Part shown: positions 37,416-49,200 of the stretch, piece after piece
Layout: each line of letters opens with the position of its first letter
How positions within the stretch are numbered: the stretch's first letter is position 1
DNA from: a virus
Virus record (IMG/VR): IMGVR_UViG_3300027797_000019
Location: 33,024 to 97,023 of that record
DNA length: 64,000 nt
Reading direction: 5' to 3' (one strand)
Translations under genes and position numbers: made by a program
The notes under the pieces: model-generated
The model's input: the letters and a program-made list of their open reading frames with translations, nothing else
What the model was told of the DNA's origin: nothing
Database searches by the model: none

Positions 37416-40400
37416 ATGAGTACTTGTAAATTTTTATACAACGGACTAGAGTACAACGAGAGCGATATTAAATTGCTTCTTGAAAATGAGGTTATTGAAT
37501 CTGCTCAATATAATCTGACTGATTATAAATTAAGCAACCGTGATAGTAATGTTGCAAAAGCATTTAGATTAAGAGAAATATCTCCTGGTCGATATCTTGC
37601 TACACCCAAGCAATTAGAGGGTTTGAGAAAATGGACTAGTTCTCCTGATGTAAGGGGTGTAGGTTTATTCTACAAACCATATTATACATATGGTGAAAAC
37701 TTATTTGAAGTTAGTTTTAGTACCCCGCAAGCTAATCTAACGGGCGTATTGACTCCTCAAATTCGTGCTAAACAATTAAGAGAGTCTGAACAACAAGATG
37801 TTATCCAAAAAACATTAGACAGAATGTCTGAGGTTTTCCCTGGTTTAAAAGTTTCGTTTGTTAATCCTGAAGATCTTGTTCAATCAGAGCACGGGATTAA
37901 TGTAGATCGAATTAATGGTTTCTTTAAAAATAGTACGGTTTATCTTGTCAATGGTCGTGCAAATACTTCAATAGCAATAGAAGAAGTACTGCACCCATTT
38001 GTCAATACACTGTATGTAGAAAATAGACCTTTGTTTGATCAGCTTTTAAGAGCTGGTAAAAAGCTCGATATTCAGTTTTTTAATGAAATAAGTAACAGGT
38101 ATAAAAACGGTACAGGATATAGCGCTTTAGATATCAATAAAGAGTTTGTAACACAAATGTTACAACGTGCTGTAAAACAAGAGTTTGCAAATAATCCTAC
38201 GCGCCCTGCTTCTGAATTTATGCGTTTGATGGAGCAGTTTTTTGGATGGCTTAAAAATCTAATTTCTGAGATTGTATATCTAGTTAATAGTCGTGGTAAT
38301 CGTGTGATTGATATATCGAGTCTTCCTGAAAAATTAAGTTTTGAAAATTTAGCGGTGTTGCTAAATACTGCTGAGGTAGAGTTTTATATTAACTACAATC
38401 AATCAGGAATAGCATACAGCTTGGACGAAGCTAAACAGGTAAATGATTTATTTAATAGTCAACCCGATGAAAATCTAAGAAGAAGTAATACCCAATATAA
38501 ACTTGATCGCATTAACTCTCAGATTGAAACATTAAAAGCTGTTGTAGAAAATCCAAGAGTTAAGCAAAATGCTAAGCAAGTAGAAACACTTACTAAGCTT
38601 ATGGAGAATGCTGAAAAGAATGCAAAGTTCTTTCGTGATAGTTTAGAAGCTGAAGCTCAAGGACGAAAGCCCCTTGAGTCTGTAAGTGTTAGTGGATTCA
38701 TCGGTTCATCAGAATTTACAACAGTACAAGATTACACCGACTTTAAAGAGTTCGGTACATTTATGCATGCTATACTTGAAGAAGTTCAAGAGGAAGCTAC
38801 AAAAGAAAACAAACGTCTCAGAGAAATATTATCTGAAGAAAAGTTTAAAACAATCCTCGAATCATACCGCAAGAAGAATCCTTTCCAGATTCAGAATTTG
38901 AAAGATGAAGAAATGTTTGAGATGGCACTACAAGTCATTGATGTGCTTGGTTCCAATGTGTCTGCCAGCAATATCATTTTACCTGAACTTACTGTTGGTG
39001 CAAGTGTATCAACTTCTGAGACGGGTCGTACAATGATGCTTGGAAGACTGGATATGGTTGTAATTGATATTACCGGACAACTTCATATTGTAGACTTCAA
39101 AACTAAAAAGGTTAAGCAACTTGTTGTACCTCAAAAAGATGGTGTAACTGATTTTAATATTAACCGGGTATACAAAGAACTTGCAAATAATAAGATTAAA
39201 ATTAATTCGACTAACGGTACAGCTGTAGAATTTCAGGGTCAAAAAAGATCTACTTATGATACATGGAATGCTCAATTGCTTGCATACGAGTATATGCTAA
39301 GACAAAATGGTATTAATGTAGGTAAAAAGGAAATCATTGCTCTAATATATCAAGCAGATATTAATAAGATATACCAAGGGTTTGCTGTTCAAAAGTTTGA
39401 AGGTAACTTCTATGAATATGCTGGGATGGTCAGTATTGAAGGAGATAATCGAAGTGCTGCATTTTCTGAAATTGGTGCTAGGGAATACGATAAAATTAAA
39501 AAAGTTGTTTCCAAATATGTAGAGATTGGTGAATCTCAAGAAAACCAGCAGGAAGTAAATGAGGAGCGCATGGCTTTTGATATGACTGCTGAGCAGTACA
39601 AGCTTTTTGTTAGCTCACTTAAAAAAGCTGTTTCAGATAATATAGATGCTTTATATGGAGAGAGATCTAATCTAAAGTCAAAAGAGGGATATGATCAGGA
39701 AGTTGATACTATCAACAAAAGAATAGAAACTCTCAAAACATTTAAAGACATTATTGATAAAGGAGGTGACATCGCTTCTTCTCTTAAGTTTGCACGTGTT
39801 GTTGAACAAATGGATATTGATATCAATAACATGCTTAAAAACTTTAACGAGGCATTGTCTAGTACCGATGAAGTAGCAAAATCAAGAAAGGTATTAGTCT
39901 ACAAAAAAATGTTGGATAATACCCGTGAAATCATGCGCCTTGTTGAAAATCAAATTAATAGAGCTGAATTTGATGGTAAGATTCAAAAGACTGGTTTTAT
40001 GTACCAGCTTGTTAAAGACTTATCTGCCAAGCTTGATATTATGCAAGCTGATTATAGAGAATATGCTGTTCCGCTTTTTGTAAAAATGATACAGTCTACA
40101 TTCTCAGAAAAAACTTTTGAGGCTGTTGGTGATGATATGCGTATGGCTTTGGAACCCAAGATTAAAAAACTAGAAGAAGAAATTCAAAATCTTATTGATG
40201 GTACACCACTCAAAGGTTTAGATAAGCTTAAATTAAAAGCACTTAAGTTTTTAAATAAAGAATCTTATGATGAGGTTATGGATAAGCTGGATCCTAATAA
40301 GAGAGGTGTCATATATGCTATTGAAGCTAAACAACTTGAGCTAAAAAGATTAAAACTTATCTATGAAACTGGATTTAACTATGATACAGAAAGTATTAAA

Positions 40401-43400
40401 AAAGTAATTGAGGGGACAACTGATCCTGACAGTATTCTTTATATTGGTGCAAGTAATCCAAAACTCATTAGTTTTTTAGGAATGTCGCCTGACCAGTTTA
40501 TATCATCTGCTGGTAATAGCGATCTTGCTATTGCTGCATTTACAAACTTTTTGAAAGACTCTCAAGCTGAAGCTCAAACGTCATTTATTAATGATATTCA
40601 ACAATCTGAACTACAAACCTTACTAGAAAATTTCAGAAGAGGAAGATCTGTTGAATCAATGAATGCACTTGTAAGTGAAATTAGAACAATTCAGTCTTAC
40701 AATGAAAATGGAGAAGCTGCCTCATACCAAGTAGCTACTTATATTAAACCAAGCAGTGAGTCTTACGATAATAAGTTTAATCTTTATAGACAACAGCTTA
40801 AAGCAATTCGTACTAAGATTGATGAAGTAAAAAAAGAAAGAGATAAAGCAGCACAAGAAAAGAATAAAGAAGCATACGAAAAGTTAAAACTAGAAGTAGC
40901 ATCTCTAATTCGTGAGAAAGAAAATATTACTCGTGATCATACAAACTGGATGAGAGAAAACTCGTCGTTACCCTATATTGATGTTTACTATGAGTATCTG
41001 TCTAAACTTTCTCCTGAAATTAAAGAAAAGCTTGAGCTTCTATATATGGAACGAGAAGTTATTCTTGATAGTGTAGGTTTTGGAAATGAGGAACTTATTG
41101 ATGAAGAAGACTTTGATCGTATGCGGGAAATTGACATTGAGATTAAAAAACTCAGAAATGACGCAGCTAAACAAGATTCTCAGTACCAGGAGTATATTGA
41201 TGCTCTTAATACTTTGTTTGTTTATGATGTAAATCAGAATCTTTTCGACCGTATTTACAACAGAAAAAAATTGGAGTATGCAAATAATCCAGAAATGCTG
41301 CGCAAATGGGAAGAGGAAAACATTGTTAGTATACCAAATACTGCATACTATGAGGCTTTAGAATCAATTTACAGTGAAATTGAAAGTATTACTGCAGGTT
41401 TAGGTGATCCTGAACTTACCAATTTGTTTGAGCGCAGAAGACAATTAATGTCTCCATACAAGCGAGATGGTCAATTTGACCCAAGATATTTGTCTGAGCA
41501 AGATAGAAATGAGCTGGATAAGATTACTCAGCAAATCGAAAGTTTAAAAGAAGCTAATAAGTCTTTTAATATATTTAGATTTCTTACTGAAGAGGATGCA
41601 AGTCGATTGAGAGATTTAAGTGCAGAACTTAGAAATATTTCTACTCAACGTTTAAATAAGTTTTATGAGCAAGAACGTGATGAGCGTAAAAATAATCTCT
41701 TGAGAGCAAAGTCTTTGATGGATAATGCAAGGTTGAGATTAGAAGACGCTATTGCTGCAGGTGATAATATTAGGATTGAGAGTGCTAGTACTGATTTAGC
41801 ATTTGCTGAAGTTCAGTTCCAGGCTGAAGAAAAAGTATTTGGTAAATGGTATAATCAACATCATTACTCACCATATGTTTCAATCTTAGAGCAAGATATT
41901 CAATTTGCTACAACAAAGATATTTCTATATGATCGTGTACCTGCCGATCCTCAGTACATGGAAAAACGTCCTAGTAGTAAGTATACTATCAGAAGATTAA
42001 GCGAAGAGGCTTATAACAAAGATTATCAAGAGCTTGCTGATCGTACACCATTACCAAGGGGGTTAAGAATTGTAAATGGTGTCATCGAGGTACTACCCGG
42101 ATTTGAAAATTCAGATAACATTAACTCTAAGTACGTCAAATTATCTCAGGACAAGTCGGCATTTGCTTATTATAATGCGTTTATGAAGATGTTCTTTGAT
42201 ATGCAGAGAAAAACCACAGGTAAAGTCCTAGGTTATAAAGTACCTGCCTCTAAAGCAACTCTTATCGAAAACATTGTTGCCAAAGGATTTTCTCGTGGAA
42301 TGTATAGTGAAATAGCTAAGATGCGAGATAATTTTTTTGGTGTAAAAGTCAGCCAAGAAGATGCTGTAACAAACTTGTATGGTGACATGGGTCCTGATTC
42401 AATTAGGTTCAGATTCAACGATCAATATGATACCAACCTTCAAACTGTTGATGCTGTGAATGCTGGTGCTAAATGGTTATTTGAAGCTTATATAAATCAA
42501 GCAATGTCAGATATGCAACCAACAGCTCAACACATTGTTAATATTGTTGGTGATTTTCGTCGAGAACTAGAGATTAGAAACTCTAATACCGCTACTGATA
42601 AAAAACGTATTCAGGATCTAGCAAAGCTTGAAGAATTGCTTCAGTTTGAAAAACGCAAGTTTATCTCTGGTCAATATGAAGAAGACACAAACAGAAGAAC
42701 GAAGAAAGCACTAAACGGTGTATTAAAAATTGCATCTTTTGGTCGTTTAGGTTTTGATATCACTATGCAGTTTAAAAACTTTATATCTGGTAATATTCAA
42801 GCTTTCTTAGCAACGCATAGTTCTGGACATTACAGTGTACAAGATTACAGATGGGCAAAGTCTCAGATATACGGATATAACGGATTTTTCAGAAAGTATT
42901 TAAGCGACTGGGGAAAACTTGGTAATCTATCTGTAGAGACTATGATGTATAGAATGTATAATCCTGCTCAAAAAGATTATATCAAGTATTTAAACCTAAC
43001 AACAGGTTCTAAGAAAAGAAGAGTACTTGAGAAACTTAGTTCTATTCAAGAACTTGCTTACGCTCTCCAAGATAAAGGTGATACTGAAGTAAGTATGACT
43101 GTTTGGTTAGCTGTTATGAATAGCTACAAGTTTGCCGTTATTGACCCTATTACTCGAGAAGAAGTTAAAGATGATAACGGTGACACCATAATGGTAAGTG
43201 CCTATGAAGCATATACGCAAACCCCTGATGGAAGAATCACTATTAGACCAGATGTAAACTTTACTAAAGATGATGAAAAACGTCTGAGAAGAATTGTTTA
43301 TTCTGAATCACGTAGAGCACAAGGTGCTTATGCAAAGAGCGATATGCCGGCTATTGAACAAACACTTGTAGGTAAAATGATGTACTTTTTTAAAAAATAC

Positions 43401-44114
43401 CTCGTCCCACAAGCTATTAACAGACTTGGAAATTTGCGTACTAATTGGGAAGGCGAAGAAGCTGCTATGGGTTATTGGCGCGCATTAGCAGCTATTGGTA
43501 GTCTGTACTCTTATAAAGAAATGGGTAAGCACCTTCTTCTTGGTGGATTTAGTCCAAGACTTACAAAAAATTCTCCTGTAAATGCTTTTTATAGTAGAAA
43601 AGCTGCTCAAGCTAGTAAAGAATTTTATGCAGCTATTTTGTTAGTAAGTATATCGTTTCTTCTTGCAAATTATGTACGTCGTAAAAAAGATGATGACGAA
43701 GAACTTGGCATGTTTGAAGGAAATGCTATCAGACTTATTTGGGGTCTTAAAGCAGAAACTGCATCACTTACACCTGTGCCAGGAATTGGAAGTTTTGATG
43801 AGTATGCTAGAAACTTTACTCAAATTACAAGTTTAGTTAATGATGGTTTGAAATTCTATAGAGCGGGTGAACACTTGGTAGCTTTTGCATTAATGAATGC
43901 TTATGATTTTACAGGTGCAGATCGACCTGACCCAGAAGATAATTCAATTATGGCAGGTATATTTAGAAGAGGAACTTACCAAAGGCGTGTTGGATTTTAT
44001 GAAAAAGGTGAACCTAAAGTTAACAAGGACTTTGTAGACTTAACAGGTATTAAGAATATCCGTGACTTTTTTGATCCTAATTACCGGATTAGTATAATGC
44101 TAAAGAGTCAATAA
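37416..44114 (+). CDS. Giant virion protein with degenerate zincin-like and PD-(D/E)XK nuclease domains
   Basis: IEEVLHP...KEFVT at 37980; FGTFMHAILE, PE, GRLDMVV, IVDFKT, QLLAY (RecB/Cas4-like) at about 38750-39290; long helical C-terminal region. Confidence 0.7.
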   Translation: MSTCKFLYNGLEYNESDIKLLLENEVIESAQYNLTDYKLSNRDSNVAKAFRLREISPGRYLATPKQLEGLRKWTSSPDVRGVGLFYKPYYTYGENLFEVSFSTPQANLTGVLTPQIRAKQLRESEQQDVIQKTLDRMSEVFPGLKVSFVNPEDLVQSEHGINVDRINGFFKNSTVYLVNGRANTSIAIEEVLHPFVNTLYVENRPLFDQLLRAGKKLDIQFFNEISNRYKNGTGYSALDINKEFVTQMLQRAVKQEFANNPTRPASEFMRLMEQFFGWLKNLISEIVYLVNSRGNRVIDISSLPEKLSFENLAVLLNTAEVEFYINYNQSGIAYSLDEAKQVNDLFNSQPDENLRRSNTQYKLDRINSQIETLKAVVENPRVKQNAKQVETLTKLMENAEKNAKFFRDSLEAEAQGRKPLESVSVSGFIGSSEFTTVQDYTDFKEFGTFMHAILEEVQEEATKENKRLREILSEEKFKTILESYRKKNPFQIQNLKDEEMFEMALQVIDVLGSNVSASNIILPELTVGASVSTSETGRTMMLGRLDMVVIDITGQLHIVDFKTKKVKQLVVPQKDGVTDFNINRVYKELANNKIKINSTNGTAVEFQGQKRSTYDTWNAQLLAYEYMLRQNGINVGKKEIIALIYQADINKIYQGFAVQKFEGNFYEYAGMVSIEGDNRSAAFSEIGAREYDKIKKVVSKYVEIGESQENQQEVNEERMAFDMTAEQYKLFVSSLKKAVSDNIDALYGERSNLKSKEGYDQEVDTINKRIETLKTFKDIIDKGGDIASSLKFARVVEQMDIDINNMLKNFNEALSSTDEVAKSRKVLVYKKMLDNTREIMRLVENQINRAEFDGKIQKTGFMYQLVKDLSAKLDIMQADYREYAVPLFVKMIQSTFSEKTFEAVGDDMRMALEPKIKKLEEEIQNLIDGTPLKGLDKLKLKALKFLNKESYDEVMDKLDPNKRGVIYAIEAKQLELKRLKLIYETGFNYDTESIKKVIEGTTDPDSILYIGASNPKLISFLGMSPDQFISSAGNSDLAIAAFTNFLKDSQAEAQTSFINDIQQSELQTLLENFRRGRSVESMNALVSEIRTIQSYNENGEAASYQVATYIKPSSESYDNKFNLYRQQLKAIRTKIDEVKKERDKAAQEKNKEAYEKLKLEVASLIREKENITRDHTNWMRENSSLPYIDVYYEYLSKLSPEIKEKLELLYMEREVILDSVGFGNEELIDEEDFDRMREIDIEIKKLRNDAAKQDSQYQEYIDALNTLFVYDVNQNLFDRIYNRKKLEYANNPEMLRKWEEENIVSIPNTAYYEALESIYSEIESITAGLGDPELTNLFERRRQLMSPYKRDGQFDPRYLSEQDRNELDKITQQIESLKEANKSFNIFRFLTEEDASRLRDLSAELRNISTQRLNKFYEQERDERKNNLLRAKSLMDNARLRLEDAIAAGDNIRIESASTDLAFAEVQFQAEEKVFGKWYNQHHYSPYVSILEQDIQFATTKIFLYDRVPADPQYMEKRPSSKYTIRRLSEEAYNKDYQELADRTPLPRGLRIVNGVIEVLPGFENSDNINSKYVKLSQDKSAFAYYNAFMKMFFDMQRKTTGKVLGYKVPASKATLIENIVAKGFSRGMYSEIAKMRDNFFGVKVSQEDAVTNLYGDMGPDSIRFRFNDQYDTNLQTVDAVNAGAKWLFEAYINQAMSDMQPTAQHIVNIVGDFRRELEIRNSNTATDKKRIQDLAKLEELLQFEKRKFISGQYEEDTNRRTKKALNGVLKIASFGRLGFDITMQFKNFISGNIQAFLATHSSGHYSVQDYRWAKSQIYGYNGFFRKYLSDWGKLGNLSVETMMYRMYNPAQKDYIKYLNLTTGSKKRRVLEKLSSIQELAYALQDKGDTEVSMTVWLAVMNSYKFAVIDPITREEVKDDNGDTIMVSAYEAYTQTPDGRITIRPDVNFTKDDEKRLRRIVYSESRRAQGAYAKSDMPAIEQTLVGKMMYFFKKYLVPQAINRLGNLRTNWEGEEAAMGYWRALAAIGSLYSYKEMGKHLLLGGFSPRLTKNSPVNAFYSRKAAQASKEFYAAILLVSISFLLANYVRRKKDDDEELGMFEGNAIRLIWGLKAETASLTPVPGIGSFDEYARNFTQITSLVNDGLKFYRAGEHLVAFALMNAYDFTGADRPDPEDNSIMAGIFRRGTYQRRVGFYEKGEPKVNKDFVDLTGIKNIRDFFDPNYRISIMLKSQ

Positions 44115-44121
44115 CACGGGT

Positions 44122-44160
44122 AGGTGTAAAGGGGGTTGGGAAACCATCCCCCTACACCTT
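44122..44160 (+). terminator. Strong hairpin at the end of the cargo/RNAP operon
   Basis: AGGTGTA(AA)GGGGGTTGG-GAAA-CCATCCCCCTACACCT; only a short T run follows. Confidence 0.65.
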
Positions 44161-44202
44161 AAAAAGTTAGCTACTTCTTATAGAAGTTTCATGGGAATTC
44201 GG

Positions 44203-44218
44203 TATATTATTATTAGGA
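44203..44218 (+). promoter_or_regulatory. Putative phage promoter motif (variant)
   Basis: TATATTATTATTAGGA upstream of the tail-fibre operon. Confidence 0.4.
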
Positions 44219-44267
44219 GATACTTCCTGAAAGATATTCTATTGTCTACAACTAAATCTTATATATT

Positions 44268-45593
44268 ATGGCATCAAAATTCTTAGTTCCAGTACAGTTA
44301 CCCGAAATTCAGGGTACTCCCACAGCACCTGGAGCAGGTTTCAAAAAAGTCTATCTTAAAGACGGCTTTACAAAAATTATGGACTCTGCAGGTGTGCAGA
44401 GAGACCTTGTACTAGACAGAGTTCTCACAAACTTAACTATTCCCGCAACAGCAACAGCTATTGGTAGTACAGACACTGTACTTACAGCTTTTGCTAAAAT
44501 TCAGAAGTCTCTAAATTCCATTGCGTTAGTAGGTGATGTTGCAGGTACTGCTGCTTACAACAACATTAGTGGACGTTTAGAAATTCAAGCTACTGTTCAA
44601 CCAAACAGTGTTGCTTTAGGAACAGACACAACTGGTGATTATGTTCAAGGTATTTCTTCTGACACTGGTATTGACGTTATTGGAAGCGGCGGTGAGGGAT
44701 CTACTCCAAGTATTAAACTTCGTGGTGCAGATGCACTTACACCAGATAAACTAATTAAATGGGATGGTGCAGCTCAGCAAGTAGTTGATTCAATCATTGA
44801 TGATGATGGTACTACTGCTTCTGTAAGAGGTGCTTTATCTACCGATGGTGGAGCAACAGTTAATGGTGCTTTACAAGTTAATAGTACTGCAAACATTACA
44901 GGTAATACCCAAGTTGGTGGTAATCTCCGTGTAATTGGAAACCTTCAAGTAGATGGTACAGTTACTACTGTAAACTCAGAAACTGTTACAATTGCTGATA
45001 ACATTATGTTGTTGAACAGCAATGTTACAGGAGCACCAACAGAAAATGCTGGTATTGAAATTGAAAGAGGTACTGCAGCAAATGTTCAAATTCTTTGGAA
45101 TGAATCTTCAGATAAATGGACGCTTACAGAAAACGGTACCGAGTATTATGATATTCTCAGCACTAACCCTGTTTCTGTAGAGTTTATTCAAGACTCTGCA
45201 TTGGGAGCTATTTCTGCAGGTGTTGGTATTGTTGTTACTTATAACGATGCTGCTAATACTCTTGAAGTAAAACATGATGATACGTCTAGCGTTGGAAATA
45301 CTGCAAATTCTGGTACATCTGTATTACAGAATTTGACTTTTGACACATTCGGTCACGTACAAACGGTAAGTAGTGTTGCTCTTAAGCATACTGCCTTAAT
45401 TGGTGATGGAGCTAACGTAGCATTTACTATTGATCATAATAAAGGTGAAGAACATGTAGTAGTACAAGTATATACTACAGCAATGCCGGGTGAACAAGTT
45501 GAGTGTGAGGTGCTTTTAATTAATGCTAACCAAGCATTATTGCGATTTGTAGACGCACCTGCTCCAGGAGAATTTACAGCAGTAGTAATCTAA
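44268..45593 (+). CDS. Tail fibre / structural protein
   Basis: VALGTDTTGDYV, GNLQVDGTVTTVNSETVTIADN, AGIEIERG...WNESSDKW motifs typical of phage fibre proteins; C-terminal FTIDHN...VVVQVY domain. Confidence 0.65.
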   Translation: MASKFLVPVQLPEIQGTPTAPGAGFKKVYLKDGFTKIMDSAGVQRDLVLDRVLTNLTIPATATAIGSTDTVLTAFAKIQKSLNSIALVGDVAGTAAYNNISGRLEIQATVQPNSVALGTDTTGDYVQGISSDTGIDVIGSGGEGSTPSIKLRGADALTPDKLIKWDGAAQQVVDSIIDDDGTTASVRGALSTDGGATVNGALQVNSTANITGNTQVGGNLRVIGNLQVDGTVTTVNSETVTIADNIMLLNSNVTGAPTENAGIEIERGTAANVQILWNESSDKWTLTENGTEYYDILSTNPVSVEFIQDSALGAISAGVGIVVTYNDAANTLEVKHDDTSSVGNTANSGTSVLQNLTFDTFGHVQTVSSVALKHTALIGDGANVAFTIDHNKGEEHVVVQVYTTAMPGEQVECEVLLINANQALLRFVDAPAPGEFTAVVI

Positions 45594-45607
45594 AAAATAT
45601 TCTTGTA

Positions 45608-46174
45608 ATGGCAAGAAGAACTGAATCTGATGTTTTTATACGTGGAAAGTTGCAAGTAGACCAAATAACTAATTTGGTTGCTAATGCTACTCGATTTGCC
45701 GTAGTGGAACCGGGTTCTGGAGAAATCAAGTATCGTACTTCTACACAAATTCTTGACGACATTGACGCAGCGCCTGTAACAATTAATATTGATCAGGTTC
45801 TGGCAAACGGAAATACATCTACCAGACACCTACAAGTAGGTAGTCATACGGTTACCGGTCAATTTGTATTAAGCTCTTTAGGGGTTGGTACGTTGAAAGT
45901 TGATCATACAGGTTTAGTGTATTCTGATGCATCCAGTGTAGTAGACGAAACAGATTATGATTATAATATAATCGGTACCCGAAATGGTATCAACCAGGTG
46001 TTTAGAACACAAGTGCCTTATATAGCTGGTTCCACCAAACTCTATATTAACGGTATCAGAATGACTGAGGGCATTGGTTACGATTATTCAGAATCTGGAG
46101 CTAATATCTTGACAATCTATGACCCACCACTTGCGTCAGATCTTATCACTGTAGATTACAAGATACAGCTCTAA
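45608..46174 (+). CDS. Tail-associated structural protein
   Basis: C-terminal GTRNGINQVF...LYINGI...G.DY...PP...D.I.VDY beta domain common in phage tail proteins. Confidence 0.5.
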   Translation: MARRTESDVFIRGKLQVDQITNLVANATRFAVVEPGSGEIKYRTSTQILDDIDAAPVTINIDQVLANGNTSTRHLQVGSHTVTGQFVLSSLGVGTLKVDHTGLVYSDASSVVDETDYDYNIIGTRNGINQVFRTQVPYIAGSTKLYINGIRMTEGIGYDYSESGANILTIYDPPLASDLITVDYKIQL

Positions 46175-46216
46175 TTGCTTCTGACTGAATAGTCAAAGTT
46201 AATTTTAAGGTCAAAG

Positions 46217-49200
46217 ATGGCAAGTACTCAAATAACAGGTAGACAAATTGCTGATGGCAGCATTGAACGCTCGGATATTAATATTTCCGCAGCGGGTAAA
46301 GCGCTTATTCGCAAAATTATAGAAACACCTTCAACAGGTCTTACAATTTCTTCTTACACTGGCGCTGATTCAGGTACCGGTGATGTTACGCTTGCTATTG
46401 ATACAAACACTATTGCTACAAGAGCCTGGGTACAAGCTCAGGGATATCTTACATCTAACGATGGTTATATTTCAGAAGTAGCGCTACATGGTAATGATCT
46501 TCAGTTTACGGGCGTTGGTAATGCATTTAGCGGAAACGTCGACCTTTCTTCTTTAATTCCTACAGAAGTAGATACTCTTGCTACGGTAACTTCAAGGGGT
46601 GCTGTAACAAGTACCCCTGTTACTTTTAATAGTAATGTAACTCTAGGTAACAACGCTGACTTAATTTTCCAAGACCTTGCTGGTGTATTTCCTACGACAG
46701 GTAAAGGTTTTGACTGGACCTTAAATAATGATGGTGCTAGAATTTATGCAATTCAACCATCTTCTGACAGCATTGATTTTGTATTTCAACTTAGAGACAA
46801 TGCTACAACTAATGATAGATTTGTATTCTGGGTTCAGGAATGGCGAGGTGTAGCGTATGACAAATATCCTCTTATTATTAGAGGTGGTACTGAGTTTGAT
46901 CTTGTAGACTCAGGTCTTTTTATCCGTGGAACACAAGTAATTACTAACGGTAGAAATCTTCAGAATGTTAGTGGTAACATATCTATGTTCACTAATGATT
47001 CTGGATACATTACTGTAGCAGCTCTTAATGGTTATGCTACACAGACTTATGTAAATACAAATATACAAAGTGGATTAGATTCATTAGCGGCGGTTGCTCA
47101 TTCTGGGGCGTATGCTGACTTATCTGGCACACCAGCCTACGCAATAACAGCGACTCAATGGACTGTAAATCATACATTAGCTGATGGTACTCGATATCTA
47201 ATTAATGATGTTGTTTATGACAATGGAAATATCTACAGAGCATTATTCGAAAACGAAAGTATACCAACTTCAAATACCACCTATTGGCAATTAGTTGGAC
47301 CAGGTAGCAGAATAAACTTAGATGGTAGAGATATCCCTAATATTCAGTTTACTCAACTTAGTTCAGTACCAACTACAATTGCTGGGTATGGTATAACAAA
47401 TGCCTACACAGACGCACAAATACAAAACTTTTTTAATGGCGCAAATGCCATTACAGGATACAATAAATCAAATTGGGATACTGCTTACAGCTGGGGTAAT
47501 CACGCTACAGCTGGATATCAGCCGGCGTCTACTGCTATTAATACAAGTAATATTGGTTCTCAGAGTGTTAACTACGCTAACAGTGCTGGTTCTTCTACAA
47601 CTACACTTAGAGGTACTGTTGAAGATACTCGTGGTGGTCAAAGAACTCCTACAGACTATGATGATTATCGTGTAAGTTGGGAGTTTACAAATCAAATTTC
47701 CGGATTATCTGGTAATAGTACTTGGTGGTCAGCAATGACTATTCAAGGATGGCATGACGGATATGCTGCATGGCAAATTATCGGTCCTGCATCTTCAGCA
47801 GTTGAAGATTTTTATCTACGTTCTGGTAATAATGATACCTGGAATACTTCTAGAAGAATCTGGCACAATGGAGATTTTACAACTACAAATGTATCTAACT
47901 GGAATACAGCCTATTCATGGGGTAATCATGCAACTGTAGGTTATGCAACTCAGACTTGGGTTCAGTCTCAGGGATATTTAACATCTGTATCAGACATCTG
48001 GGTAAATACCAGCGGTGATACAATGACTGGTGCTTTAACTTTTCAAGGAGGATGGGCAAGCACTATTCTTGATGGCGATAATGTAGTACTTAGAAAACCA
48101 AATTACTCTAGTGGTGGATGGGCGAGAACCTTATTAAACTTTCAAGAATACGATACTACATCTCTTTTCCAAATTGGAGGTTATGGCAGTAATAATACCA
48201 TGACTTATGGTTATCTAGGATCAGCATATAACACACCAACATTTAGATGGTATGCTAATAAAAATGTTGTATTTGATGGTAACGTAGGTTTTGGTGTAGT
48301 ACCTTCTACTGGAGATAGAGTTGAAGTAGCCGGATCATTTAGAGTACACACAGGAAATAACTGGGATGGAGTTACTATTTATTCTGATGGAGCAAATGGT
48401 TATATTAGAGGCTTAGGTGATGAAACAGGATTACATATTCGTTCTGAATATGGTAATATATATCTTGCTGATGATCGTGGTGTAGTAGGTATTGGTGATA
48501 TACATGCAAGCTATAAGTTTAACGTATCGGGTGCAATTCGTCTTACAGGTTCGCTTGTATTTGATGATACTACCAGTAATACAATTCAACATCGTGCTGG
48601 TACAGATATTAATACACTTGTAACAGTTGGACACGGAGGTTTTGATCATAATGGATATCTGCGAATTGGTGGTGCTAATGTTGCTACACAATCTTGGGTA
48701 ACTTCTCAAGGTTATCTTACATCATATACAGAAACTGATACTTTAAACAGTGTAACAACTCGTAGCGCAACCACTTCAAACACTATTCAAGTTGGAAAAC
48801 TTGGCATTGGTAGAGCAGCAGGTTCTAATGAATCTATTTCTGTAGAAAATCCAGAAGGAACATGGTTAATACAAGGATTTAGAAGTGGTGTTTCAGCAGG
48901 CGGTCTGCATACAAATGATGGTGTTTTACATGTTCAATCTGCTAATGTTAGAATTCAAGCTTCTAGCAATGCTACATGGAATGGTGATACTCTTGCTACT
49001 CGCCCATGGGTAACATCACAAGGTTATCTTACATCTCTTCCTGCACATAACCACGATGGTGTTTACTTACCAATTAATCCGGATGGTGATGGTCCTGCAT
49101 GGTCTTATGCAGATGAAAACCCTACTATCAACGGTAAGTATGTTGGTGGTGGTCAAAGATTTGGCGCTGATGGTGACAACCTTACAGGTGGTTTCCTGCA

